Assembly (NCBI GenBank): GCA_964563955.1
Contig: CAZLZH010000002.1
Location: 12,517 to 76,516, forward strand
Direction: 5' to 3'
Length of the DNA: 64,000 nt
Source of the DNA: an uncultured Bacteroides sp.
Lineage (GTDB): Bacteria > Bacillota > Clostridia > Lachnospirales > Lachnospiraceae
Position 1 is the stretch's first letter. Each line of letters begins with the position of its first letter. This document shows, one piece after another, positions 18,877 through 28,774 of this stretch. A program made the translations under genes and the position numbers. The notes beneath the pieces were generated by a model. The model ran no database searches. It worked only from the letters and a program-made list of their open reading frames with translations, and was not told the origin of the DNA.

Positions 18877-19707
18877 CTAACGAAGATTGTTTGCCTGCTG
18901 CATCATCTCATCCGTTGCCTGAATCGCCTTGGAATTCATCTCATATGCGCGCTGTGCCACAATCAGATTAACCATTTCGTTTGCAACATCCACGTTCGAT
19001 GCCTCTGTATAAAATTGCAGGATTCGGCTCTGCTGAAGGTTCTCATTTCCGTTTTCTGCCACAGCAGCTCCGGAAGCAAGTGTTACGGAGTAGAGGTTGC
19101 CGCCCTCCTTGTACAAGCCTGCCGGATTGTTAAACTGATAAATACCAAACCGAATCGGTTGGTCATTTGCATCTGTCATAACTGCCGGATTACCCGTTTC
19201 ATCCGGAAATGCCAGCGTTCCGTCCTGATTTACAACCAAATCGGTTGCCACTCTCGTATTCGGAAGTACGATTGCATTCCCATTTGTATCTAATACCGGA
19301 TCGCCGTCTGCCGTACAAAGCATATTGCCATTTGCAACCGGAGAAATAATAAACGATCCGTCTCTTGTATACTGAAGCTCTCCGCTCTGTGTGCGCACCT
19401 GGAAAAATCCATCGCCCTCAATTGCAATACTGAATGCGCTTTCGGATGCTGTCAGATTTCCCTGTTTAAAGCTTGCTGTGATTGCAGAAACACGAGAGCC
19501 AAGTCCGACCTCTGCCGGTACCGGCTTTTCATCGCCTGCATTATTCGTTGATTTCGACTGTAAATTCTGATATAACAGTGCTTTAAAGCTAGCCTGCTGC
19601 GTCTTATATCCGATTGTATTGATATTCGCAACGTTATTTGCGATTGTATCAACATTGACCTGCTGTGCACGCATACCCGATGCAGCGGTCCATAAGGATC
19701 TCATCAT
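18877..19707 (-). CDS. flgG: Flagellar rod protein FlgG (FlhP-like)
   Basis: MMRSLWTAASGM...IANNVANINTIGYK, YTRDGSF, EASNVDVANEMVNLIVAQRAYEMNSK. Confidence 0.93.
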   Translation of the reverse strand: MMRSLWTAASGMRAQQVNVDTIANNVANINTIGYKTQQASFKALLYQNLQSKSTNNAGDEKPVPAEVGLGSRVSAITASFKQGNLTASESAFSIAIEGDGFFQVRTQSGELQYTRDGSFIISPVANGNMLCTADGDPVLDTNGNAIVLPNTRVATDLVVNQDGTLAFPDETGNPAVMTDANDQPIRFGIYQFNNPAGLYKEGGNLYSVTLASGAAVAENGNENLQQSRILQFYTEASNVDVANEMVNLIVAQRAYEMNSKAIQATDEMMQQANNLR

Positions 19708-19749
19708 AATGTTTTCCTCCTGTATCTCCTAGATATTCTATATTAATTA

Positions 19750-20532
19750 TTAAACTCTGCCTATTTCATTGACTGCCTTATCAAGCGTCTGATCAATGGT
19801 CTGCACCATCTTCTGATTCGTCTCATACGCTCTCGTAATTGCAATCATATCCACCATCTCGGTAACCATGTTGACGTTTGACATCTCCAGATATCCCTGC
19901 TGTACCGTTGCATCTGCATCCGTAAGCACGGCGCCGTCAACCGCCTCATACATATTCTCGCCATAGCTGGACAGTGCCTCATAGCTCTCGAAATCCACAA
20001 GCTGCAAATTCGCAACATATGTGTTTCCTGAATATATCTCGCCTAACTGATTGATACTGACCTTCTCAAAATTTGCATTTGGTATCTGTATACGATTACC
20101 GCCTTCCGCCAGCACATAATCGCCATCCTTTGTCACAAGAAAACCGTCCCTGGTAACCGTGAAATCTCCATCCCGCGTATAGCGTATATGTTCCGTTCCA
20201 CTCTTGTCTGTTGTGCTGATGGTAAAAAATCCATTTCCGGATAACGCAAGATTAAATTGATCCTCCGTCTGTCTGAAATTTCCCTGCGACATATCAAAAT
20301 AGGTCTCTCCGATTTTTACACCAAGGGCTACGCCACCGATGCCCTGCTTCAAATTGAGCCCCACTGTCTCATCATCAATCTTAACAGCAAGCTGTCTGTC
20401 AAATGACTGTGATGTGGCATCAATCTTCTTGAAGCCGGTCGTATCTGCGTTTGCCATGTTGTTTGTGACGACATCCATTCGTTTTTCTTCGTTTCGGAGT
20501 CCTGTCCATGCCGTGTACAACGCTCTTACCAT
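19750..20532 (-). CDS. flgF: Flagellar rod protein FlgF/FlgG family (FlhO-like)
   Basis: VTNNMANADTTGFKK, YTRDGDF, LEMSNVNMVTEMVDMI. Confidence 0.85.
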   Translation of the reverse strand: MVRALYTAWTGLRNEEKRMDVVTNNMANADTTGFKKIDATSQSFDRQLAVKIDDETVGLNLKQGIGGVALGVKIGETYFDMSQGNFRQTEDQFNLALSGNGFFTISTTDKSGTEHIRYTRDGDFTVTRDGFLVTKDGDYVLAEGGNRIQIPNANFEKVSINQLGEIYSGNTYVANLQLVDFESYEALSSYGENMYEAVDGAVLTDADATVQQGYLEMSNVNMVTEMVDMIAITRAYETNQKMVQTIDQTLDKAVNEIGRV

Positions 20533-20539
20533 CTCTTAC

Positions 20540-21529
20540 CTACTTTCTTTCACTTAAAAACTCGATATACTTTCCTGTGCCGATTGCCACTGCCGTCAGC
20601 GGCTCCTCTGCTGTCATAGTCGTGATTCCGGTATTTTCCTCAATCAAATCCTCCAGGCCATGCAATAATGCGCCGCCGCCTGTCAGGACGATTCCCCGGT
20701 CTGCGATATCCGCAGCAAGCTCCGGCGGGGTACGTTCCAATACAGAATGAACTGCATCCACAATCTGTGATGTCACCTCCCGCAAAGCTTCCTCCGTCTC
20801 ATCGGAAGATACTGTCACAGTTTTCGGAAGACCGGTAACAAGATTCCGTCCACGGATATCCATCGTAATATTCTCCGGCCGTTTGTAACATGTTCCGATA
20901 TTAATCTTTATCTCCTCTGCTGAACGCTCACCAATCAGAAGGTTGTGCCGTTTTCGCATAAAGCGGACAATGGCGTCATCAAAATCATCGCCTGCCACTT
21001 TGATAGAAGAAGATACTACAACTCCATCCAGCGAAATAACCGCTATATCAGATGTTCCGCCTCCGATATCCACAATCATATTACCACACGGTCTCGAAAT
21101 ATCAATCCCCGCTCCGATTGCAGCAGCGACCGGCTCCTCAATAATATAAACATCTCTGGCTCCCGCCTGATATGTTGCATCCTCAACCGCACGTTTTTCT
21201 ACCTCCGTAACACCGGATGGTACGCATACGCTGATGCGGGGCCTTCTGCCGAAAAAGCTCTTTCCGACTGCCTTCTGGATAAAATATTTCAACATCTTTT
21301 CGGTTGTTCTATAATCGGATATAACACCCTGCCGCAACGGTCTTACCGCAATAATATTGCCGGGTGTCCGGCCAAGCATAAGTCTTGCTTCTTCACCTAT
21401 CGCTTTAATTTGTTCGGTATCCCTGTCATATGCCACAACGGACGGTTCCTTTAACACGACGCCCTTCCCCTTGACATAGACTAAAATACTGGCTGTTCCC
21501 AAGTCGATTCCAATATCTGAACCTGCCAC
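20540..21529 (-). CDS. mbl: MreB-like actin homologue Mbl
   Basis: IGIDLGTA, IVDIGGGTSD, IVLTGGGALL; GTG start with RBS GGAGG. Confidence 0.93.
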   Translation of the reverse strand: MAGSDIGIDLGTASILVYVKGKGVVLKEPSVVAYDRDTEQIKAIGEEARLMLGRTPGNIIAVRPLRQGVISDYRTTEKMLKYFIQKAVGKSFFGRRPRISVCVPSGVTEVEKRAVEDATYQAGARDVYIIEEPVAAAIGAGIDISRPCGNMIVDIGGGTSDIAVISLDGVVVSSSIKVAGDDFDDAIVRFMRKRHNLLIGERSAEEIKINIGTCYKRPENITMDIRGRNLVTGLPKTVTVSSDETEEALREVTSQIVDAVHSVLERTPPELAADIADRGIVLTGGGALLHGLEDLIEENTGITTMTAEEPLTAVAIGTGKYIEFLSERK

Positions 21530-21548
21530 GTCTGTACCTCCTTTATAT

Positions 21549-21576
21549 ATATCGGAAATTTCTTAGTTATCCTTAG
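21549..21576 (-). promoter_or_regulatory. Sigma-28-like promoter upstream of mbl, overlapping the 3' end of the upstream gene
   Basis: Minus strand CTAAG-N16-CCGATAT. Confidence 0.7.
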
Positions 21577-23380
21577 CTTTTCTCATAATAATCATAGTTG
21601 CAGCCCCGCCCTGCAGCCACTCAATCGGCACCTCTGTAATATCCATAATCTCATCAAACACCGGTATATAACTGCACCAATTGGTAACCTTGCGAACCGC
21701 CACTTCCTTGCGGATTCCGTCAATATTCTCAAATTTATCCCGCAGATTCTTGATAATCTTACGACTGTCTCCTCCGGTCAGATCATATCCGAGCATATCA
21801 TTCAATTTCTTGTTGGCGAAAAATACATGTCCGGTATACAAATCGCGCACAAATATCGCCTCATCAAAGCTATTGTATGTTTCTATCAAATGTTTATTCA
21901 CATTTCGAACATTATCATCACCATCTGCATTTTCAAGCATATTCTGAACAATCAACGCAACGCTCTGTGAAAACCGCATCTCCTCTTTCGTCCAGATACG
22001 TTCAGACTTACATTCAGCAAATATGAGCATACCATACAGCTTGCCCTCCAGATAGATTGGATATGCAATCTCTGCTCGAAAATTATAGCGCATCAGATTG
22101 ATAATATCCCGTTCATTCATCGTCGTGCGGTCAAGCAGACAGCAGCCATACCCCCCGCGTTTGATTGTATCAAGCATCAGATACATCCGTTCCGGAAGCA
22201 GTGTAAGCATATCATCTGCCGGCATCTCACCTGTCGCATCGAAATAACTGCGCAGTGCATATTCCTTCGGATTATCTTTATCGAAGGTATATAAAAACAT
22301 TTTGTCAATCTCCATATGAAGCGTCACATCTCGCAGCGTCTCGCCGATAACCTCCTCGACATTATCGCTCAGACGGCTGCTGATTTTCGACAATGCAGTA
22401 TTGACGATACTCTGACGCGCCAGCTCCTCACGGAGCTTTTTCCCGGCTCCTCTGGATTTTGCTGATTCAACGACCGAATTATAGTTTTGCAGCAAAAAAT
22501 CGGATATCATCTCCGCAGTTGCCCAGTGCAGCTGGCAAACCTTCTGCAATTTTTTTGTTTCCTTCTCTGTATAAGAACCAAGCACCCAAAAGCCCTGTAA
22601 ACTTTCTCCGACAGTAATCGGTGCCATAAGGAGCTTTCCGGCACCGCCTTCCTCACGATCAAATATGGTCGGTTCCATGGACGAAAGCACCTGCTCCTTC
22701 ATGTGTTTATAGTATTCCTTATAAGCCGGAACTTCAAACAAATCATAAAAATCTCCAATATTTGCTTTCGGCCCTACAGGCGAGGACAAAGTCTTTCCGT
22801 TCTCATCTACAAATACCGAATAAAGACCTGCAAGCGTAGAAAAACCGCTCATAATCTTATCCATCCTTTCAATCTGCGAAACCAATCCCAGATTTTCCAG
22901 CTTATTGATTTTCAATGTACCGGATTTTGGTATCTGCATCGTCTTTAATATTCCCGCATTACCGGCAGTTTCCACCTTGTTTTGTTTTTCCTCATGTGCA
23001 GACGTAATATCACGAATATAAAATTCTACACTAAATGTATGCTCTTCCTCTGATAAGGTCTCGATTGAAATGTTCGCAAACACCTGACGGATTTGTCCGT
23101 CATCCCCAACCATGCGAAATTCATGTGCATACTCCGCTATGTTATTTTGGATTGCATTTCGAATCGTCTTTATCACATTTGCTCTGTCTGCCGGATATAT
23201 ATAATCTTCAAAAAGCTTTAACCCCTTATTCAGCATCTCCACATTCATGCCCATATCCGAAGCATTCGGAGAAACATATGCCACACTTGCGCCTGCCTCC
23301 CCTAATATAAATCGTTCCACAAGCACAACATATCCTGTTTTTTGAATTGCCTTCCTGAGATACCTGTTCTCAATTACCAT
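21563..23380 (-). CDS. Cytoplasmic multi-sensor protein (PAS, PocR-like, GAF, PAS-like) with no recognisable output domain
   Basis: PAS-like YIYPADRANV...HEFRMVGDDG; PocR-like FSTLAGLYSVFVDENGK; GAF-like EIAYPIYLEGKLYGMLIF...RIWTKEE. Start set at ATG 23380 (RBS AAGGGGTG). Confidence 0.65.
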   Translation of the reverse strand: MVIENRYLRKAIQKTGYVVLVERFILGEAGASVAYVSPNASDMGMNVEMLNKGLKLFEDYIYPADRANVIKTIRNAIQNNIAEYAHEFRMVGDDGQIRQVFANISIETLSEEEHTFSVEFYIRDITSAHEEKQNKVETAGNAGILKTMQIPKSGTLKINKLENLGLVSQIERMDKIMSGFSTLAGLYSVFVDENGKTLSSPVGPKANIGDFYDLFEVPAYKEYYKHMKEQVLSSMEPTIFDREEGGAGKLLMAPITVGESLQGFWVLGSYTEKETKKLQKVCQLHWATAEMISDFLLQNYNSVVESAKSRGAGKKLREELARQSIVNTALSKISSRLSDNVEEVIGETLRDVTLHMEIDKMFLYTFDKDNPKEYALRSYFDATGEMPADDMLTLLPERMYLMLDTIKRGGYGCCLLDRTTMNERDIINLMRYNFRAEIAYPIYLEGKLYGMLIFAECKSERIWTKEEMRFSQSVALIVQNMLENADGDDNVRNVNKHLIETYNSFDEAIFVRDLYTGHVFFANKKLNDMLGYDLTGGDSRKIIKNLRDKFENIDGIRKEVAVRKVTNWCSYIPVFDEIMDITEVPIEWLQGGAATMIIMRKAKDN

Positions 23381-23430
23381 GGAATCACCCCTTATCTTTT
23401 GAGCACTAATTCTGTACACCGGTCATAATA

Positions 23431-23460
23431 GGGCTGCCACACGTCCCCGTATGACAGCCC
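23431..23460 (-). terminator. GC-rich hairpin after the DivIVA-like gene
   Basis: GGGCTGTCATACG-GGGA-CGTGTGGCAGCCC (13-bp stem, GNRA loop) with only a weak U-tract. Confidence 0.45.
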
Positions 23461-23488
23461 CATCTATACCTCTTCTCATCCGTTCCTT

Positions 23489-24376
23489 CTAATTCGCATT
23501 CACTTCCGGAAATGCCTGATTGGCAACCTGCATCGTCTTATCTACCGCTGCAACGACATCCTCAAGTGCACTCTTCATCTCTGCCATATACTCACTGACG
23601 CTCTCACATTCCCGCTTCACAGCCATACGTGCCGTATATGCTTCGCTTCTCGCCTGACTGCGTATCTCCTCACAATCAGCAGTTGTCTCTGCACGCATAT
23701 TCGCACAATTCTCCTCTGTCTGTTCTGATAAAGCTCTGCAGTGGCTTTCTGTCTCTGCCCGAAGTGTTTCTGTCTCCTCCCGTGTCTCACGCTTAATCTT
23801 ATCACACTCTGCATATGTGGATTCCTTACGTTCCTGACACGCGCTCTTTGTCTCTGCATCCATCTGTTCGCAGGCTGCAACCGTCTCCGCATGCATGCGC
23901 TGGCACTCTGCCGTTGTCTCCTCCGACATGCGGCGGCAGGCCTCTGTCGTTTCTTCCGTGAGGGCATCACATTCTGCTTCTGTTTTTGCGCGCAGGTCAT
24001 TGCACTCCTGCTCCGTCTGTCTTACAAGGGCATCTGCGCTCTCGCGCGCCTCAAGCAAAGTTCTGGAGATTGACTCATAACGGCTTGCGGATTCTTCCTC
24101 TCTCGTCTTATATGCATCCATCTGATCCCGAAGCTGTGTAACCTCTATCTGAAGCTCATCATTTACCTTTTTCAAATTATCAATCGTGCTCGAGGATTCA
24201 TTCAAATTAACCTCTCGCATCGTATGAAGATTCTTAACGGTTTCCGAAAGTTTTAATACATTCGCCTTTAAATCTGCAACCTCTTTCTGATGTTCTGCAT
24301 TTAAACTGTCTATATAATTCTCTACTGCTTTCTTGTCATATCCACCGAAAGACGCGGTCTTTAATGTTACATTCAT
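23489..24376 (-). CDS. DivIVA-like coiled-coil protein with Cys-containing 11-residue repeats
   Basis: N-terminal SFGGYDKKAVENYID resembles the DivIVA FRGY motif, followed by a long coiled coil. Start at ATG 24376 (RBS GGAG). Confidence 0.65.
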   Translation of the reverse strand: MNVTLKTASFGGYDKKAVENYIDSLNAEHQKEVADLKANVLKLSETVKNLHTMREVNLNESSSTIDNLKKVNDELQIEVTQLRDQMDAYKTREEESASRYESISRTLLEARESADALVRQTEQECNDLRAKTEAECDALTEETTEACRRMSEETTAECQRMHAETVAACEQMDAETKSACQERKESTYAECDKIKRETREETETLRAETESHCRALSEQTEENCANMRAETTADCEEIRSQARSEAYTARMAVKRECESVSEYMAEMKSALEDVVAAVDKTMQVANQAFPEVNAN

Positions 24377-24571
24377 TTCTACAATTCTCCTTTCGAATCC
24401 ACTTCCACATGCACTCTTTTGTATTATATCATAAGAATTTACATTATGCACTCTTTTTTTACATGATAATATACCCAAATGAAACGGAAAATAATGACAG
24501 GTTCTTGCCATTTCTTTCTACTCTGTGGTACACTAAGTGAGATTTAAAAGTTACGAAGGGAGTTTTTCTGT

Positions 24572-25276
24572 ATGTTATATAAAAAGAAATGGAAACGCAT
24601 TCCTGCTTTCCTGCTTGTTTGTGCTATGATGCTCAGCCTGACAGCCTGTTCCGGAAATGAAGAAAAAAAATATCAGACATATATCAAAAGTCTGATTGCA
24701 ATTAATTATCTCGGTGCCACAAAGGATTATATCGAAGCCTCCGGGGCAAATGAAGCGGATGCAGAAAACCTGTATAATGAAAACATTGCACTTCTTACAG
24801 ATAACCTGCTTACCTATTACGGTGTTACCATAGATGATGCACCGGAAATGCGCACACAGTTCGAAGAGCTCGCAAAGCACATTTACAGCAAGGTCAACTA
24901 CAAAGTCGACAAAGCAAGAAAAGACGGCAGCGTCTATCTCGTCGACATCACAATCTACCCGATCAACCTGTTTGAACAAACCTCCGAGGAGGTTATCGCT
25001 TATGTAGAAACCTTTAATACAGATGTAAAAGCGGGTATTTACAACGATTACACGCTTACCGAATATGAAACGACATTTGCACAGGGACTATTGGACATCC
25101 TGAATGCCGGCTGTGACAGCATGACATATGCCGAGCCGCAGGTCGTAACTGTGGAAATCGTAGAAGAAGACGATAAATTCTTTATCAGTACACGGGATTT
25201 TCTCGCCATCGACAGCGCCATGATTGCTTCCTCTGTGACAGTAGAACCGGCATCCTCAACTGATGCCGCAGAATAA
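24572..25276 (+). CDS. Lipoprotein of unknown function
   Basis: Signal peptide with lipobox LTAC and RBS AAGGGAG. Confidence 0.8.
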   Translation: MLYKKKWKRIPAFLLVCAMMLSLTACSGNEEKKYQTYIKSLIAINYLGATKDYIEASGANEADAENLYNENIALLTDNLLTYYGVTIDDAPEMRTQFEELAKHIYSKVNYKVDKARKDGSVYLVDITIYPINLFEQTSEEVIAYVETFNTDVKAGIYNDYTLTEYETTFAQGLLDILNAGCDSMTYAEPQVVTVEIVEEDDKFFISTRDFLAIDSAMIASSVTVEPASSTDAAE

Positions 25277-25334
25277 TACTATATACCATATCATATATTA
25301 ATTGATAAATGCATACATACAAACACAAAAACAC

Positions 25335-25367
25335 AAAAAAGGTGGTTCAAAGTGAACCACCTTTTTT
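25335..25367. terminator. Bidirectional intrinsic terminator between the lipoprotein gene and metG
   Basis: AAAAAA-GGTGGTTCA-AAG-TGAACCACC-TTTTTT between convergent genes. Confidence 0.85.
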
Positions 25368-25370
25368 ATA

Positions 25371-27356
25371 TTAACTAATCATAGCTCCTGCCGGCATATC
25401 CTTCTCCGCTGTGAGCAGCGCCAGATTCCCATCGAAATCCTCAGCGCAAAGCAGCATACCCTCGGATAACACGCCTGCAAGCTTTGTCGGTTTCAGGTTC
25501 GTGATAACAACGACCTTCTTTCCTACCATCTCTTCCGGCTTATAATAGTTCTTGATTCCGGATACAATCTGAAGCGTTCTGCCCTGAACCTTTACCTGTG
25601 AGCAAAGAAGCTTCTTGGATTTCTCAACCGCCTCACAGGCGATAATCTCGCCCATCTGAAGCTGCATACGGTCAAACTCATCAATCGTGATTTCTTCCTT
25701 CACAACTGCATCCAATGTCGGAATCTCAACCTTTTCTGTTTTCTTCTTCGGCTTTTTCGGTTCTTCCTCCTCTACCGGCTTCGATGGGAATCTTCTCTCA
25801 ATCTCATCCAGCATAGCAGGCGCATCAATTCTTGCAAATAAGATTTCCGGCTCCGCCGTAACCTTTGTACCGGATGGATAAAGACCAAACCGGGAAAGTT
25901 CTGTCACACGACGTTTCTCCGCATTTAACTGCTTCAAAATCTTCTCGGAAGTCTCCGGCATAAACGGCTCTAACAGACTTGCACCGACTACGATGCTCTC
26001 TACCAGATTGTAGAGAACCGTACTGAGACGATCCTTATGTTCCGGGTCCTTTGCAAGCGCCCACGGCATCGTCTCATCAATATATTTATTGCAGCGTTTA
26101 AACAACGCAAAAATCTCTGTGATTGCATCCGCTACGCGAAGCTTGTCCATGCAAGTATTTACCTTCAGACGCGTATCAACTACCAATGATTTGAGTTCCT
26201 CGTCCACCGGCTCCGATACGCCCGCATTTTCCACCACTCCATCAAAATATTTGTTGGACATGGAGATAGTACGATTCACAAGATTGCCAAGTGTATTTGC
26301 AAGCTCCGAATTGATACGCTCAATTACAAGCTCCCATGAAATGACGCCATCATTTTCAAACGGCATCTCATGCAGAAGAAAATAACGGACGGCATCCACG
26401 CCAAACAAATCCACCATATCATCCGCATAAATTACATTTCCACGGGACTTACTCATCTTGCCGTCACTCTGCAGCAGCCACGGATGTCCGAATATCTGCT
26501 TCGGCAGCGGCTCTCCCAAAGCCATGAGCATAATCGGCCAGTAAATCGTATGGAAACGAAGAATATCTTTTCCAATCAGATGCAGGTCTGCCGGCCAATA
26601 GCGGCGATACATCTCATCCGAGCCTCCGTCCACATCGTAACCGAGTCCCGTGATATAGTTTGACAATGCATCAATCCACACATAAATAACGTGTCCCGGG
26701 TCAAACTCAACCGGAATACCCCACTTAAACGAGCTTCTTGACACACACAAATCCTGAAGTCCCGGAAGCAGAAAATTATTCATCATCTCATTTTTGCGGG
26801 ACTCCGGCTGTATGAAATCCGGATGTGTGTTGATATGTTCAATCAAACGTTTTGCATACTTGCTAAGTTTAAAGAAATATGCTTCCTCCTTTGCCGGCTG
26901 AACCTCGCGGCCGCAATCCGGGCATTTACCATCCACAAGCTGTGACTGTGTAAAGAAAGACTCACAAGGTGTACAGTACATACCCTCGTACTCACCCTTG
27001 TAAATATCTCCCTGATCGTACAACTTTTTAAATATCTTCTGAACCTGCTTCTCATGGTATTCATCCGTTGTGCGGATAAACTTATCATAAGATGTGTTCA
27101 TTAAATCCCAGATTCTTTTGATTTCAGCGGAAGTCTCATCCACAAACTCCTTTGGTGTGGAGAGATTTTCAAACGCTTTTATCTCTATTTTCTGTCCATG
27201 CTCGTCGGTTCCTGTCTGAAAACGGACATCGTATCCGACATAACGTTTATAGCGTGCGATACTGTCTGCAAGTACAATCTCGTATGTGTTGCCTATATGA
27301 GGCTTACCGGATGTGTACGCAATAGCGGTTGTAATATAATACGGTTTTTTAGGCAT
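25371..27356 (-). CDS. metG: Methionine--tRNA ligase with C-terminal tRNA-binding domain
   Basis: YYITTAIAY...HIG, GTDEHGQKI, CTPCE/CPDCG knuckle, KMSKS, C-terminal GVLSEGMLL. Confidence 0.97.
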   Translation of the reverse strand: MPKKPYYITTAIAYTSGKPHIGNTYEIVLADSIARYKRYVGYDVRFQTGTDEHGQKIEIKAFENLSTPKEFVDETSAEIKRIWDLMNTSYDKFIRTTDEYHEKQVQKIFKKLYDQGDIYKGEYEGMYCTPCESFFTQSQLVDGKCPDCGREVQPAKEEAYFFKLSKYAKRLIEHINTHPDFIQPESRKNEMMNNFLLPGLQDLCVSRSSFKWGIPVEFDPGHVIYVWIDALSNYITGLGYDVDGGSDEMYRRYWPADLHLIGKDILRFHTIYWPIMLMALGEPLPKQIFGHPWLLQSDGKMSKSRGNVIYADDMVDLFGVDAVRYFLLHEMPFENDGVISWELVIERINSELANTLGNLVNRTISMSNKYFDGVVENAGVSEPVDEELKSLVVDTRLKVNTCMDKLRVADAITEIFALFKRCNKYIDETMPWALAKDPEHKDRLSTVLYNLVESIVVGASLLEPFMPETSEKILKQLNAEKRRVTELSRFGLYPSGTKVTAEPEILFARIDAPAMLDEIERRFPSKPVEEEEPKKPKKKTEKVEIPTLDAVVKEEITIDEFDRMQLQMGEIIACEAVEKSKKLLCSQVKVQGRTLQIVSGIKNYYKPEEMVGKKVVVITNLKPTKLAGVLSEGMLLCAEDFDGNLALLTAEKDMPAGAMIS

Positions 27357-27383
27357 ATGAAACCCCTCCTTGTTTTTTGCTTT

Positions 27384-28688
27384 TTAACCAACCCTAAGTT
27401 TAAATTTTTGAATTTCCCGATCTGAATCAACCAACTCGATCTGTCCGCCGAGTCCGCGGATCTTACCGTCAAAATCTTCATATCCACGAAGAATATATTT
27501 GATATCCTCGATGGTGCTGAATCCATCCGCAGCAAGTGCAGCTATCACGAGTGCAGCGCCTGCACGCAAATCCGGCGCTATCATATTTGCTCCTGTGTAG
27601 CCGTCAACCCCTGTAATCACTGCGGAATTACCTTCAACCTTGATTCTTGCACCCATACGGGAAAGTTCACTCACATATTTAAATCGATTTTCGAATATAC
27701 TTTCTGTTATAACACTCGTTCCCTGTGACAGTGCCAATGTTACCGCCATCTGCGGCTGCATATCTGTCGGGAAGCCCGGATATGGAAGTGTCTTAATCTG
27801 TGTCGCTTTAAATCTCTTATCTGCCATAACACGAACGGCATCGTCATATTCAATCACACGCGCGCCAATCTCATTCAGCTTTGAAGAGATCGCCTCAAGA
27901 TGCTTTGGAATTACGTTTTTAATCAATACATTTCCCTTGGTGGCTGCCGCCATCGCCATAAATGTACCGGCCTCAATCTGATCCGGTATAATCGAATATT
28001 CGGTTCCCTTCAGCTTCTGCACCCCGCGGATACGAATCACATCCGTACCGGCGCCCTTGATATTGGCTCCCATACTGTTCAGGAAGTTCGCGACGTCTAC
28101 GATATGCGGTTCCTTCGCAGCGTTTTCAATCGTCGTCTTTCCTTCTGCAAGTGTCGCTGCCATCATGATATTGATTGTTGCACCGACTGTTACCACATCG
28201 AGATAAATATGATTCCCGAGCAGATGATCCGCTTTCGCAACAACCTTTCCGCCATTTACGATATCTACCTTTGCACCGAGCGCCTCAAAGCCCTTAATAT
28301 GCTGGTCAATCGGACGCAAACCGATATCACAGCCACCCGGCAGAGCTACCTGTGCATAATTATTTTTCCCAAGCAGGGCACCCAGCAGATAGTAAGATGC
28401 TCGTATCTTTCGGATATATTCATCATCCACACACACATCCTCTCCGGTCCGGATACTTCCGCCGCAGATAGAAACGGTATGGGTATCTATATATTTTACC
28501 TTGGCGCCAATTGTCTCAATTGCACGAAGCAGTGTTTTTGTGTCTTCTACATATGGTACATTCTCGATAATACACTCTTCATCCGTCATAACCGCGGCAG
28601 CCAAAATACCAAGTGCGGCATTTTTCGCGCCGGCAATGGAAACTTCCCCTTCCAGGACATTACCGCCTTTAATCACATATTTTTCCAT
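27384..28688 (-). CDS. murA: UDP-N-acetylglucosamine 1-carboxyvinyltransferase
   Basis: GAKNA, RASYYLLG, LPGGCDIGLRPIDQH (catalytic Cys), PGFPTDMQ, DLRAGA. Confidence 0.96.
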   Translation of the reverse strand: MEKYVIKGGNVLEGEVSIAGAKNAALGILAAAVMTDEECIIENVPYVEDTKTLLRAIETIGAKVKYIDTHTVSICGGSIRTGEDVCVDDEYIRKIRASYYLLGALLGKNNYAQVALPGGCDIGLRPIDQHIKGFEALGAKVDIVNGGKVVAKADHLLGNHIYLDVVTVGATINIMMAATLAEGKTTIENAAKEPHIVDVANFLNSMGANIKGAGTDVIRIRGVQKLKGTEYSIIPDQIEAGTFMAMAAATKGNVLIKNVIPKHLEAISSKLNEIGARVIEYDDAVRVMADKRFKATQIKTLPYPGFPTDMQPQMAVTLALSQGTSVITESIFENRFKYVSELSRMGARIKVEGNSAVITGVDGYTGANMIAPDLRAGAALVIAALAADGFSTIEDIKYILRGYEDFDGKIRGLGGQIELVDSDREIQKFKLRVG

Positions 28689-28774
28689 TTCACACCTCTG
28701 TGCCTGCTATGTGGTATCTGTCCACTAGCCCATAATCTTAATAATTATACCACATTACATAAAATTGTAAAGGC

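Noticed and set aside
20540-21529. Cell-shape gene mbl heading a flagellar operon
   Set aside because: The mbl-flhO-flhP arrangement is already established in B. subtilis and other Firmicutes.
24409-24458. ATGCACTCTTTT direct repeat resembling half of a CIRCE element
   Set aside because: It is a direct, not inverted, repeat with the wrong spacing for HrcA, and there is no heat-shock gene next to it.
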